A stretch of DNA of 61,433 nt, the filler included. It is 10 parts of 10 records of this genome, joined end to end, with 100 filler letters (N's around TTAATTAATTAA, not from the genome) between each part and the next. Parts side by side here need not be neighbours in the genome. Positions count along the whole stretch, not along the records: positions 1 to 5,990 come from SRR31147125_422434; positions 6,091 to 12,747 come from SRR31147125_425494; 8 more parts are not named here. One strand, written 5' to 3'. The position numbers were made by a program, and so were the translations under genes. The notes under the pieces were generated by a model. The model had not been told where the DNA came from, did not search any database, and saw only the letters and a list, made by a program, of their open reading frames with translations. Numbering within the stretch: position 1 is the first letter of the stretch; each line of letters opens with the position of its first letter. Of this stretch, positions 1-10,405 are shown in pieces.

Positions 1-177
1 CCTCTCCCCGGCAACGGGGACATTGGAGGCCTGAAACAGGGGACGCTAGTCCGCCGTCCATACGAATACCCAAGCGGAAGCACTCGACCCGCGACGATCA
101 GAGCAAGCCGGGAGTAGCGACCCGGATAGGGGTGCCGAGGGTGGAGGATAGCCGCCCATTTCGATCCGAGAGGCCAC

Positions 178-612
178 ATGACCTACGCCACGCAACAGGA
201 CCTGACCGATCGTTTCGGCGCCGACGAGCTGATCCGTCTCACCGATCGGGTCAACAGGCCGGCGACGACGATCGACGCCACGGCGGTTGCCAAGGCGCTG
301 GCCGACGCCGACGCGCTGATCAACTCCTATGTCGCCAAGAAATACGAGCTGCCGCTCGCCACCGTGCCGCCGATCCTTGTCCGCCACGCCGCCGATATTG
401 CCCGCTTCTATCTTCATGGGGACAACGCCCGTGAAGACGATCCGGCCACCCTCGCCTTCAAGCGCGCCGAGGCGTGGCTCAAGGACGTGGCGCGCGGCCT
501 CGTCGCGCTCGACGACGGCACCGGCGACGAGCCGGCCGCCCAGGGCGGCGGCGAGATCCGCATCGACGTGCCCGAGCGGGTCATGTCGCGCGACAGCCTG
601 GAAGGCTACTGA
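178..612 (+). CDS. Mu-like prophage gp36/gpJ protein (DUF1320), head-tail connector
   Basis: 144 aa with MTYATQQDL...DADALINSY...YELPL...DIARFYL...AEAWLKDVARG, typical of DUF1320. GAGG RBS upstream. Sits just before a gpG-like gene. Confidence 0.9.
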   Translation: MTYATQQDLTDRFGADELIRLTDRVNRPATTIDATAVAKALADADALINSYVAKKYELPLATVPPILVRHAADIARFYLHGDNAREDDPATLAFKRAEAWLKDVARGLVALDDGTGDEPAAQGGGEIRIDVPERVMSRDSLEGY

Positions 613-622
613 CATGATGGTC

Positions 623-667
623 GCGCTCCCGAACCGCAAAACCGCTGCCCACTTTTGCTGGGAGCGC
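623..667. repeat. Short intergenic palindrome resembling Hyphomicrobiales (BRU-RS/RIME-type) repeats
   Basis: GCGCTCCC..GCAAAA-ccgctgcccac-TTTTGC.GGGAGCGC hairpin seen directly. The family resemblance is from memory. Confidence 0.5.
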
Positions 668-672
668 TTCGA

Positions 673-1259
673 ATGACCGGCGTCACCCAGATCGTTGACG
701 ATGCGCGGGTGCTGGCGGCGCTCCGGATGATCCGCGACCGGGCCGGAGATCCGGCGCCGGCGCTGCACGCCATCGGCGGCTATGCGGTGTTCTCGACACA
801 ACGCCGGTTCGAACTGGAGCAGGACCCCGAGGGCAGGCCGTGGACGCCCTCAGCCCGCGCACCGCCGGCAAGCGGCTCGGCAAGGGCCGGCGCGGCTATG
901 CCCATATCCTTCGCGTGTCCGGCCGGCTTCACGCCTCGATCCATTACGAGGTCGAAACGGATGGCGTCGAATGGGGGTCGAACGTCGAATATGCCGGCAT
1001 CCATCAGCTCGGCGGCACCATCGACATGCCGGCCCGCTCGCAAAAGCTCACCCTGCGCCGCATCCGCAAGAAGGGCGGCGGCTTCATCTCGCGTTTCGCC
1101 AGGGCGACTGCCAAGGGCAATACGCGCACCGTCGACGCCGCGATCGGCGCGCACCAGGTCACGATCCCTGCCCGGCCCTATCTCGGCATCAACAGTGCCG
1201 ATGCCGAGGAAATGCAGCAGATCGCCATCGATCATCTTGCCGGCGAGGCGAAGCCATGA
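673..1259 (+). CDS. Phage virion morphogenesis protein (Mu gpG-like), split by an apparent 1-nt deletion at ~847-849
   Basis: First frame reads STQRRFELEQDPEGRPWTP; second frame reads LSPRT...ILRVSGRL...GSNVEYAGIHQLGG...IPARPYLGI. Adding one C to the CCC run restores WTPLSPRT. Confidence 0.85.
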
Positions 1260-1687
1260 GCGCGCTCGACGAGGTCAAGGCGGCCTTGCTCGCTGAAGGC
1301 ACGCCCTATCGCGAAGTCGAAGGCGCCGCCGGACTGGCGGCAGCGATGAAGGCCGGCCCCAAATCGGTGCCGATGGCCTTCGTGTTTTTCGGCGACGAGG
1401 TCAGCGGCACAAACGAACGCGACACCGGCAAGGTGCTGCAGCGCATGGAACGCAACCTCAGCGTCGTGTCGGTCATCGACAGCGGTCACGATCCGGCCGG
1501 CGAGGCCGACATGCTGGAAACGGTCAAGCAATGGCCGCGCGACCAGCTCATCGGCATGACAATTTCCGGCGACGACGCCAAGGAACCGATCACGCATGTC
1601 CAGGGCGGCGTCGCCGAGTTCCTGCACGGCCGCGTCTGGTACGAGGACGTGTTCTCCCTGCCCACCTACATTTCGGAGAAAAGCTGA
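1256..1687 (+). CDS. Mu gp37-like tail terminator/completion protein
   Basis: ATGA overlap with gpG. 143 aa MSALDEVKAALL...WYEDVFSL. Lies between gpG and the tail tube gene. Confidence 0.65.
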   Translation: MSALDEVKAALLAEGTPYREVEGAAGLAAAMKAGPKSVPMAFVFFGDEVSGTNERDTGKVLQRMERNLSVVSVIDSGHDPAGEADMLETVKQWPRDQLIGMTISGDDAKEPITHVQGGVAEFLHGRVWYEDVFSLPTYISEKS

Positions 1688-1866
1688 TGCGCAAGCCGGT
1701 GAAGGTCACAGATCCGCCCGCCAAACCACCCACCCGTTTCGTCATCGACAAGAAGGGCAATCGCGTACCGGTCGCAACCGACGCGGACATTGTCGATGCC
1801 GCCTGGAAGGCAAAGGGCGGCAAGCCGGCGGAGGCCGGCGACGCGCCCGAAACCGAGGAGAACTGA
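1687..1866 (+). CDS. Small hypothetical phage protein (59 aa)
   Basis: TGATG coupling to the previous gene. MRKPVKVTDPP...ETEEN. Contains the GAGGAG RBS of the next gene. Confidence 0.7.
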   Translation: MRKPVKVTDPPAKPPTRFVIDKKGNRVPVATDADIVDAAWKAKGGKPAEAGDAPETEEN

Positions 1867-1869
1867 CCG

Positions 1870-2802
1870 ATGGTCGTCGACCGACATTCACGCATTCATG
1901 CCCTTCTGGCCAAGCTAGAGGTGACCGACGGTATCGACTCCGTGCCCACCGGCGCCGCCAACGCCATGCAGATCTCGAACGCCAACCCGACGCCGATGGC
2001 CGGCCAGTCGGTCAGCCGCGATCTTCTCCTGCCCTATCTCGGGCACCAGGGCGTCATGCTGACAAACACCTATGTCCAGTTCGTGTTCGACGTCGAACTG
2101 GCAGGGTCGGGCGCCGCCGGCACGCCGCCGGCCTACGGTCCGTTGCTTCAGATGTGCGGCATGTCCGAAACCGTCGATGCCGGCGTGTCGGTCACATATG
2201 CACCGGTCTCGTCCGGTTTCGATTCCGGCTCGCTCTACTGGGTCGAGGACGGCGTTCGTCATATCGCCGTCGGCGCGAAGGGCACCTGGGCGCTCAACCT
2301 TTCGCCCGGACAGATTCCGCGTTTCACTTTCACCATGATGGGCATCAAGGGCACGATCACCGACGAGGCCAATCCCGACGTCGACCTTTCCGGCTTCGTC
2401 AAGCCAGTGCCGGTCAACAAGGCCAACACCACCCTGTCGCTGCACGGCTATACGGCCGTTGCCGAAAGCCTCGCCGTCAACCTCGGTGGCGCCACCGAGG
2501 CCGCGTTCTATATCGGCGAGGAAGGCATCAAGTATTCGGATCGCCAGGCGACCGGCACCGCCGTTGTCAAGGCCGACACTATGGCCAACAAGAACTGGTT
2601 CGCCATCGCCGAGGCCGAGACGAAGGATGCGCTTTCGTGCGTCCACGGCACCGTTGCCGGCAACATCGTCACCATAGGCGCACCGCAGGTTCAGATCGAC
2701 CGGCCGACCAGCGGCGCAACACGCGGCATCCGCAACTATTCCCTGCCGCTGATGATGACGCCGGGTGCCGGCAACGACGAGCTGACACTCACCATCACCT
2801 GA
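1870..2802 (+). CDS. Major tail tube protein (siphovirus type)
   Basis: 310 aa with LLAKLE...ELAGSGAAGTPPAYGPLLQMCG...GNDELTLT. Followed by chaperone and tape measure genes. No sheath gene in the module. Confidence 0.8.
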   Translation: MVVDRHSRIHALLAKLEVTDGIDSVPTGAANAMQISNANPTPMAGQSVSRDLLLPYLGHQGVMLTNTYVQFVFDVELAGSGAAGTPPAYGPLLQMCGMSETVDAGVSVTYAPVSSGFDSGSLYWVEDGVRHIAVGAKGTWALNLSPGQIPRFTFTMMGIKGTITDEANPDVDLSGFVKPVPVNKANTTLSLHGYTAVAESLAVNLGGATEAAFYIGEEGIKYSDRQATGTAVVKADTMANKNWFAIAEAETKDALSCVHGTVAGNIVTIGAPQVQIDRPTSGATRGIRNYSLPLMMTPGAGNDELTLTIT

Positions 2803-2824
2803 AATTCAAACCCCGAGGTTCGGC

Positions 2825-2953
2825 ATGATTATCGAGCGTACATGGTCCAGGCGAAGGTGGCGCAACGGGTACTACTACGCGGTCTACACCGGCTGGTTCC
2901 TGTTTGGCGTCCTGCCCATTTTCATCAAACGTTGCGAGCGTTCCATCATCTAA
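2825..2953 (+). CDS. Small ORF (42 aa) absent from the ORF track
   Basis: GAGG RBS, then ATG..TAA encoding MIIERTWSRRRWRNGYYYAVYTGWFLFGVLPIFIKRCERSII. Fills the gap between tail tube and chaperone. Confidence 0.65.
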   Translation: MIIERTWSRRRWRNGYYYAVYTGWFLFGVLPIFIKRCERSII

Positions 2954-2977
2954 ACCCGGTTCGAAAGGGCTTCCAAC

Positions 2978-3364
2978 ATGAAATTCGTCCTCGCCGATAC
3001 CACCGAGTTCGACTGGCCGGTCAAGATCAAGGTGCCGAGCGAAAAGACAATCGGTCAGCATCAGGTCCAACAGGTCACCTGCCGATTCCGCACCATTTCC
3101 AAGACCCGCCAGGACGAGATCGAACTGGAGTTCGAGGCGCTCCAGACCGACGAGGAGCGCATGCGCTACCAGATCGACATGCTCGGCGAGGTGCTGATCG
3201 GCTGGGACGAAAACGATTTTGCCGACAAGAGCGGCGAGAACGCCAAGTCGGTGCCGTTCAACGACGAAACCAAGGCCATGGCACTCGCTAACCCGTTTTT
3301 CCGTTCCGCCGCCTACACGGCCTATGCCAACGCCATTTCGGGCGAGGCGCGCAGGGGAAACTGA
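2978..3364 (+). CDS. Tail assembly chaperone (gpG analogue)
   Basis: 128 aa with FDWPVKI...VLIGWD...VPFND. Ends ARRGN* on a G GGA AAC slippery heptamer. Confidence 0.85.
   Translation: MKFVLADTTEFDWPVKIKVPSEKTIGQHQVQQVTCRFRTISKTRQDEIELEFEALQTDEERMRYQIDMLGEVLIGWDENDFADKSGENAKSVPFNDETKAMALANPFFRSAAYTAYANAISGEARRGN
3355..3361 (+). promoter_or_regulatory. Programmed -1 ribosomal frameshift site (G GGA AAC)
   Basis: X XXY YYZ heptamer in the correct phase directly before TGA. The -1 frame stays open (KLKAVARAW...) into the DUF1799-like region, as in lambda G/GT. Confidence 0.8.
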
Positions 3365-3751
3365 AAGCGGTCGCCCGCGCCTGGGCCCTCGAACAGACAG
3401 GCGAGAGCGACCGCACCAGACCGCTGGCCATGACCGAGGACGCCGCCGCTCAATTCGAGATCATGGGCGTCGCGGTCTCGGCCGACCAGGTTGTTGATGA
3501 AGACGCCGAGGAACCGATCGAAGTGTGGCGCGAGAACGTCGAGATCGTCGAAGCCTTCCTGGCACTCGGCACGCAATGGCGGCAGTCCGTCATCGTCGGG
3601 CTCGACGGCGCGCGCGTCGTCTTCAGAGGCATCGACTACGCGGCGGCCGAAATGGTCTTTCGCCGCCACGGCCTCGAAGGTGGCCGTGCGCCCCTTGACG
3701 ATCTCGCCGTCATGGAAGCCGAGGCGATGCACACTCAATGGGAGCCGTTGA
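3361..3751 (+). CDS. Tail chaperone frameshift extension (DUF1799-like, gpT analogue)
   Basis: VWRENVEIVEAFLALGTQWR...GIDYAA...DLAVMEAEA motifs. As assembled it runs in frame into the tape measure gene, but a TGATG at 3749-3753 suggests a separate stop. Confidence 0.7.
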
Positions 3752-5990
3752 TGGCCGAACCCTTCGTCATATCAATGAAGGCGGTTTTCGACGCGGCCGG
3801 CGTGAAAGCCGGCACGCGCGAAGCCGAGCAGTATGTCTCCGAACTCAACCGCGCCGCCACCGAGGAAATCAGGGATATCCAGCGGGCCTCGGCTGACGCC
3901 GCGCGCTTCACCTCGTCCATCAGGTCCGGCCTCGGCCAGGCGCTGGAACGCCGGTCGACAGTTCAGACGCGCCGGGACGAGATGGCGGCGCTCGGTCAAA
4001 CCATCGAAGCCGAACGCAAGCTCGAAACCGCAAGGCTTCGTTACGCGCATAGCGATCTGGGCCGTGCCGAATCCATCGGCCGGCTCGCCCAGCTCGGCCG
4101 CGACGCGGCATCGGCGACGAGCGCGCTCAAGACGGCTGAACTGGAGCTGGCGGAAGCCAACGATCGCGTCGGCTACGCCGCCCGCCGCGCCGCCAGTGCC
4201 ATCGAGCTGCAGACCGACACCGAGCGCGCCGCCATGGTCGCCGCACAGGCGCGGATCAATGCCAGTTACGGCATTGGCATCGCCGGCCGGACCCGTTCCG
4301 AAGGCGCCGCCGACATCGCCGCCTACGGCAAGGGACTGGATACCCTCAGGGCAAAGTACAATCCTGTTTACGCTGCCATTCAGCGCTACCGGACCGAACT
4401 GGCCTCGGTCCGCCAGGCGCACGCGGTCGGTGCGATATCGACCGACGAAATGACGGCCGCCATCAAGCGTGAACGGAGGGCGACGCTTGCATCCATTGCG
4501 GCGCTCAAGGGCCGATCGTCGGCGCTGGGCAAGGCTGTCGGCGTCGCCGGCTACCAGATGCGCAACCTGCAATACCAGATGATCGATTTCGCCCAGGGCA
4601 TCCCGCTGATGTTCTCTTCGCCGACCTGGGCACTTCTGAACTTCGCTAATCAGGGTGCCCAGGTCGCGCAGATCTGGGGACCGGAGGAAGGCGGCGCGGC
4701 ACGCGGCGTCAAGGAAGCCGGCCTCATGGTCGGCCGCTTCGTGACCAAAATGGCGCCTGTTGCCGGCGTAATCGGTATCAGTGCCGCCGCCCTCGCCGGC
4801 TTTACGCACGAGATCGACAAGACAACGAAGAAATCGGTCAACATGGGCGACGTGATCCTCGCCAGCCTGCAGGTCATCGGCGACGGGATTTACGAAGCCT
4901 ATTTCAAACCCTTTGCCGAAAGCGCCGCCGCGTTCTGGGACATGATCTGGGGCGGCACGATCTGGGTCACCAAGACACTGGTCAATTCCGTCGTCGTCAC
5001 CGTAGGCACGATGAGCGGTTCGGTCGAGTACGCCATTCTCGGGCTCTGGATATTGCTCAAGGGGACGGCCGGCACGGTCCAGAATTTCTTCGTCGACAGC
5101 CTGCAGTCGGTGACCGATTTCATCACCGGTGGCATCAATTCGGCAATCGAGAAGCTCAACGCCTTCATCCGCCAGATCGGCGCCGACAAGGCGGCCGGCC
5201 TGTTCGGACTGCCCGATCAGTTCGAACTCGTCGGTAAGGCCGACTTCTCCAACTTGCGTTCCGGTCTTGCCGACGAAGCCCAGGCCGAATTCGACGCGCT
5301 CAACAAGACCTATGGCGACTTCTTCGACAGGCTGACGACCGAGGATCACGCCGGAAGGTTCTTCACCACCGTCCGCGACAAGGTCGTCGAAAACCTCTCC
5401 AAGCCGACCGAGGACGAGATCGAGGCGGCGAAGAAACTGGCGGAGGCCTATGAGAAAATCAAGCTGAGTGTCACCCGAAGGGTCGAGGCGGCGAAGCTTG
5501 AAATCCAGACACTCGGCATGACCGAGGTCGAGGCCAACAAGCTTCGTTACGCCCAGCAGCTGCTTAATCAGGCCTATGACGCGGGCATCAAGCTGACCGC
5601 CGGACAAAAGGCCGAGCTGCGCGGTCTGGCCGATGCGTGGGCCGAGCAGGAGGATCAGCTTCAGCGCATCAAGGAAATCTACGATCTGGGAAAATCGACG
5701 ACGCGGTCTTTCTTCTCCGATCTCAAGTCGAGCCTGATGGAAGGCACCAACCTCTGGACGGCCTTTGGCAACGCCGCCGCCAACGCGTTGAACCGGATCG
5801 CCGACAAGGGGCTGGAACAGCTGGCCGACACCACATGGAACGCCATCTGGTCGGTCATCAATCCCTATGGTTCTTCCGGCAGCCTTCCGATCAATCTGGT
5901 GCCGAGCGCCAGGGGCAACGTCTTCGCCGACGCCTCCGGCCTCGACGCCTATGTCAACACGATCGTCACGAAGCCGACGATCTTCCCCTT
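3751..5990 (+). CDS. Tail tape measure protein (3' truncated by contig end)
   Basis: Ala-rich helical protein with NLQYQMIDFAQG...QGAQVAQI and C-terminal SARGNVF...IVTKPTIFP. GGAG RBS before ATG 3751. Confidence 0.9.
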
Positions 5991-6090
5991 NNNNNNNNNN
6001 NNNNNNNNNNNNNNNNNNNNNNNNNNNNNNNNNNTTAATTAATTAANNNNNNNNNNNNNNNNNNNNNNNNNNNNNNNNNNNNNNNNNNNN
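5991..6090. other. Artificial contig spacer. Identical spacers at 12748-12847, 18583-18682, 24554-24653, 31417-31516, 36609-36708, 42655-42754, 49075-49174 and 55485-55584
   Basis: N-run + TTAATTAATTAA (stops in all six frames) + N-run, 100 nt each. Composition and gene style change abruptly across most spacers. Confidence 0.98.
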
Positions 6091-6637
6091 CCTCTGATCC
6101 ACACCATCCAACCCATCCACGATGTCCTCTCTCGGGTCGATACCCTCACCATCCCGCTGACGTATCGCCGTATCCATAGGAGCTGCGTCGTCCACAGCAG
6201 GTTGGCCGTGTGTTTCGTCACCCTCCCCATTCATGTGCGAGGGGTTCCCCCTACAACTCGCCACAGAGGTTTCTACACCGCGCCCATCTTTCTCCATTCG
6301 TTCCTTGCTGGGCTCTGCACCTCCAGTCCCTGTTCACGATGCACACATCACATCACACCACACCACACCACCACACCACCACCACCACCACACGTACCCT
6401 CATCCCAGGGCACGCCTGTGGTTCCCACCATCCACCCAAACCATGCGGGACCAAGCAAGCAGAACTGGAATTTGGAAGATCTGCCACGTCTCTTGTTCTA
6501 TTTGTTGTCTGCCCTGCATGACCCTTTGGACTTTGCTCGGATCTTCCTCCGATCAAGACAGATGGAAACAACACCGGATTGAATTCAGAGAGACAGAGAG
6601 AGAGGGTGAACGAGATGTTTTCCCTTCCCTGTGCATT

Positions 6638-7593
6638 ATGAGTGGTGCCCGTTTGGCCCCTCCGCACAGAACATCCGCAGATGAGTGGGGCCGGGGACAT
6701 AGAGGACCGGGACGCGCTCCTGTTAGGGGGAGCAAACGTGACGCGGGGGACCCAGTCCCAAGTCACGTTCCACCCAGTGTTCCAACCATGTCACGGAGAC
6801 GTTCCATGCGATCGAGTCGGATAGAAACGAACCACTGGTCCACACCCGTGTGGGCGTTCTGTAGCGGACGTGGGACGGGTTCAAAGAACGCACTGACGTT
6901 GTGTCTCTCGGGGCTGTTCTGCTGGCCGTGTATCCTGGGCAAAGTGAATGCATGGCTTATGGGAACAAAAAGTGGATCGGTGAGGGAGGGACGAACGGTG
7001 GACAACGCATGGCATCAACACTACTAACGCAACGTCAGAACACGTGTCATTATATCACGTTAGACTGTCCATGGCATCTTGGATGCCTGTGCTCCTGCTC
7101 GTGGAGACGAGACATGCGGACGCGCTATCGCATCCCTCCAAACACGGAATGTGTACGTGTGGATGCGGACAATACCTGTTCGATTCTTCTGACTCTTTCC
7201 GGTGCGCAACAGTGCTGGCAAAACGCACCACCTTTCGCGGAGGACATGTGCGTTCACTTTCTCTGTGGGCCGTGTGTAGCTTGTCAAGAGGTACGATGGA
7301 TGATGGAATTCATGTGTTGGAGGGCAGAGATTTGAATTCTGATCGTGTGGGCCGGTGGACAGTGGCGGGAGCTTCATATCCGTGAACCTGAACGCTGTGT
7401 GGATCTCCTGCCGCCACGGTTTTGGGAAATGCGGTCCGTCCAAACTCCAGGAACTGCTCCAGGGACGACTGCTCCAGGGACGACTGCTCCAAGGACGACT
7501 GCTCCAGGGACGACTTCTACAGGGACGACTTCTACAGGGACGACTGCTCCAGGGTTGCGTATCTCCGTTGCCTTTGGGATGAATCGTGATTGA
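6638..7593 (+). CDS. PLAC8-family Cys-rich protein (spliced)
   Basis: WSTPVWAFC...LFCWPCILGK, RRDMRTRYRIP and EDMCVHFLCGPCVACQE motifs across exons. Intron 6980-7038 (GTGAGG..CTACTAAC..CAG). Confidence 0.8.
7453..7554 (+). repeat. 15-bp coding tandem repeat, about 7 copies of ACTGCTCCAGGGACG (TAPGT)
   Basis: Seen directly. In frame in the last PLAC8 exon. Confidence 0.9.
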
Positions 7594-7627
7594 TTGTTCG
7601 ATTGGCAGGACGGAATCCGAACTCGAG

Positions 7628-8367
7628 ATGGCCCCAGAGGTTCAATCCTTACAAGAACGAAGGAAGTTAGTGGCTCAATTGCGACGCGGCCCAGCACCGG
7701 CTCGGCATCACATCGATCCCGCCTCCCTTCCCAAGGGTGCCGTACTTGTGCAACGGAAGGAAGAGGAAGATCCGGCAATGATTGCGGCGATGGCTGAATT
7801 TCGTGCACGAAAAGAAAGAGAACGTGCTGCAGAGGCTGCTGCGGAGGCAGCCTGGGAAATGGATGAGGTTGAGGAAAAAAAGAAACAAGGAGAGGAAAAA
7901 GAGAAAGAAGGAGAAGAAAAAGAGAAAGAAGGAGAAGAAAAAAGACTGAAGAAGAGAAGACTACCACCACCACAAAAACTAAGAGACAGAGCAAGCGTCG
8001 AGAAGCCACCTCAAAGTCAAAACCGCAGATTCCGAAGGCACCATCCCTTCGAGAACGGAGACGGGAGCGCAAGAACGCACAGAAACAAGCCAAAAAAGCG
8101 AAAATAGTACGTGAACACAAGACATGACCCCTTCTGATGACATGTATCTAGCAACACCTCGAAGCATTGCATGAAAAGGCAATTGAGGATGCCAGATTCG
8201 AGAAAGCAAAACGAGATGAAGAGAAAGAAGAACGGCGCCGCATAAGGGAGAGACAAAAGGATCAGAAACGCTTGGGTCTTCCTGTAATGCCCGAGACTCC
8301 ACGATACGACACCGATTCGGATGATGGGAACGAGACCGACCCAGAATTCTATTCACCAGATCCGTAA
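7628..8367 (+). CDS. Highly charged (E/K/R-rich) hypothetical protein with one intron and an apparent indel at ~7940
   Basis: MAPEVQSLQERR...; GTACGT..CTAG intron at ~8107-8151; last exon QHLEALHEKAIEDARFEK...SPDP*. Confidence 0.55.
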
Positions 8368-8409
8368 TGGGCATAGATCCCTGTCATTTCCTCCTCAAGT
8401 CCGTGTGGG

Positions 8410-10395
8410 ATGGCAGAGAGAGTCCCCGTTCGCCTGTGTACTGTAGCATGGAACATGGGTATGCTCCCTCTGAACGCGCGTGTGCTCTCGTCCACCCCGT
8501 CCACACTCAATAATCTGTCCTCTCGTTTGCACCAGCCGCACGACACCCCCTGAGACCCTAGTCGACTATCTTCCATGTACAGGATGTGACATCTACGCCT
8601 TCGGCGTGCAAGTGAGAAGGGATGGGGTCGTTTCTCCACTGAGACGTCTCCTCAGGAGTCGAACTACACCCTCAAGGAAGGGGAGGGTTCATGCGTCCTA
8701 GAACACCTTGAGGAAGTCTTTTTGGGTGCGGCGGAAGCGGCACGCGCGCGTGTGCGGGACATGGTGTAGTCACCCACCCCCACGCGGAGAACAGCCTCTG
8801 TAGGAGACCCTGGGACCTACAAGATCCTTACTCGAACAGAAACACATGGAATTCGTCTTGTTGTGTGTATTCGTTCCGAGTTGGCAGCCGAGGTGGCCCA
8901 TGTGGAGGTGTGTGGAGGCGTGGGGAGGGTATGTGTCACCACATCCTCACGAGCTACAGACGGGGAACTACGTGTCCGATAACAAATCAAGTGTTACCAA
9001 GGGAGCCAATGGTGTGCTGGGTTGTTCGATGCATGGATTTCTTACCAACAGAACGCCTCTTGGGTGGTAGTGGTGTCCTTTCGATTGTTTGGTTCTTGGA
9101 TCTGCATGGTGAACTGTCATTTGCCCGCACATGCCCACCAGGTGGAAGCTCGTGATCGGGCTGTAGCGGAACTCCTGCGTGATGTGCGGTGGGTGGATAG
9201 AAGAACCTCATTTCGTCGTTGGGTGTATAATACGGATGGGTGGGAAAGGTTGGGCCCCCACAAGGATGTGGAGATCGATGCTCAACACGCATTTGTATTC
9301 TGGTTTGGTGATCTCAACTATCGTATCGATTTGGAGTACTGGGAGGTGCGATCTATTTCGAGGAAGACTGTCTTGGTCAATTCTCGTGGATACTAGACGG
9401 TATCATTGGTGGAGAAGCGGGACTGGGTGACTCTGCGGGACGCAGATCAATTACTGAAAGCTGTAGCAGAAAAGGTACCTCTTACATGACCTATGATACA
9501 CCATTCTGATGTGTAGGAACAGCGTATGTTTGTAGGATACGACGAGGGGAACCTTTCTTTCTGTCCTTCGTACAAGTATTCCATGACCACGGTTCCTGGG
9601 GACAAGACGACGACAACGACGACGACAACGACAAGACCATATGAACTTAAGGCCAGTGGGATGTCGCTTCTGAGCTTCTGAAACGTCACCCCCATCTCAC
9701 GAGACTGACACAAATAGGACTTTCGTGTTCCATCATGGACCGATCGTGTGTTGTGGCGAACACTTCCGGGGCACAGTATTTCCCAGACAATGTACACAGC
9801 ACTGGATTCATGTGTTGTAAGGTACGATCCGCAGCACACACACGCACATCTGATGACGTACTGAGGCAGTGACCATGCCCCGGTCGTTGGGGCATTCGTC
9901 GTCCATGTTGACGCCGTGCCATGGGAAGGCCCGGATCATGTCACATACCAACGGGCGACCGTTGTTCTGCAAGATCTTGTGTGCAAAGACACCTCAGTGA
10001 AATGGTCTCTCCGCTCTGCATTTTGCAACGCCAACACTGTAGTGTATGCTGATAAGGAAGGAGTGCGTGTCGACGGGTCCTTGTGCACCATGTGCCTCCT
10101 GACACACATCATCATAGATACTCCGCTTGAGGATTGCCGTGCCCACCTTAGGACTTGAGCATTTACAACGACAGTGTGTGGTACTAGCTGCCGAACAGGA
10201 AGGAACCTTGTTTGGTTTGTTGGGATGGGTGTGAGGGGTTCGCGGACGGCCTTGACGTGCCCCAAAGGAGCTGGAGCCATTTCGTTGCGCGACGCGGATG
10301 GTGGTACCTTCTCGTGCCCTTTGACTCTCGGTACTGCCTTCAAGGGGATGGTATCGGGTCGAATCTCGCTGGAGTTGGAAAAGGAAACAACATGA
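8410..10395 (+). CDS. Inositol polyphosphate 5-phosphatase (multi-exon) with a probable C2-like C-terminus
   Basis: Exons encode TVAWNMG, DIYAFGVQ, NKSSVTKGA, VNCHLPAH, FWFGDLNYRID, FCPSYKY and PSWTDRVLWR. Confidence 0.9.
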
Positions 10396-10405
10396 CACTT
10401 CCTCA

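Larger units (their letters stand above)
1..5990 (+). mobile_element. Fragment of a Mu-like (transposable) prophage with a non-contractile tail
   Basis: Gene order gp36-gpG-gp37-tube-chaperone(G/GT)-TMP, GC-rich, with translational coupling. Confidence 0.85.

Noticed and set aside
3772-5607. Long antisense ORFs (for example 3772-5607, 51245-53185, 56573-57844)
   Set aside because: Shadow frames of real GC-rich genes on the opposite strand, with no motifs of their own.
7453-7554. 15-bp tandem repeat as a CRISPR array
   Set aside because: No spacers and no cas genes. It is an in-frame coding repeat in a eukaryotic exon.
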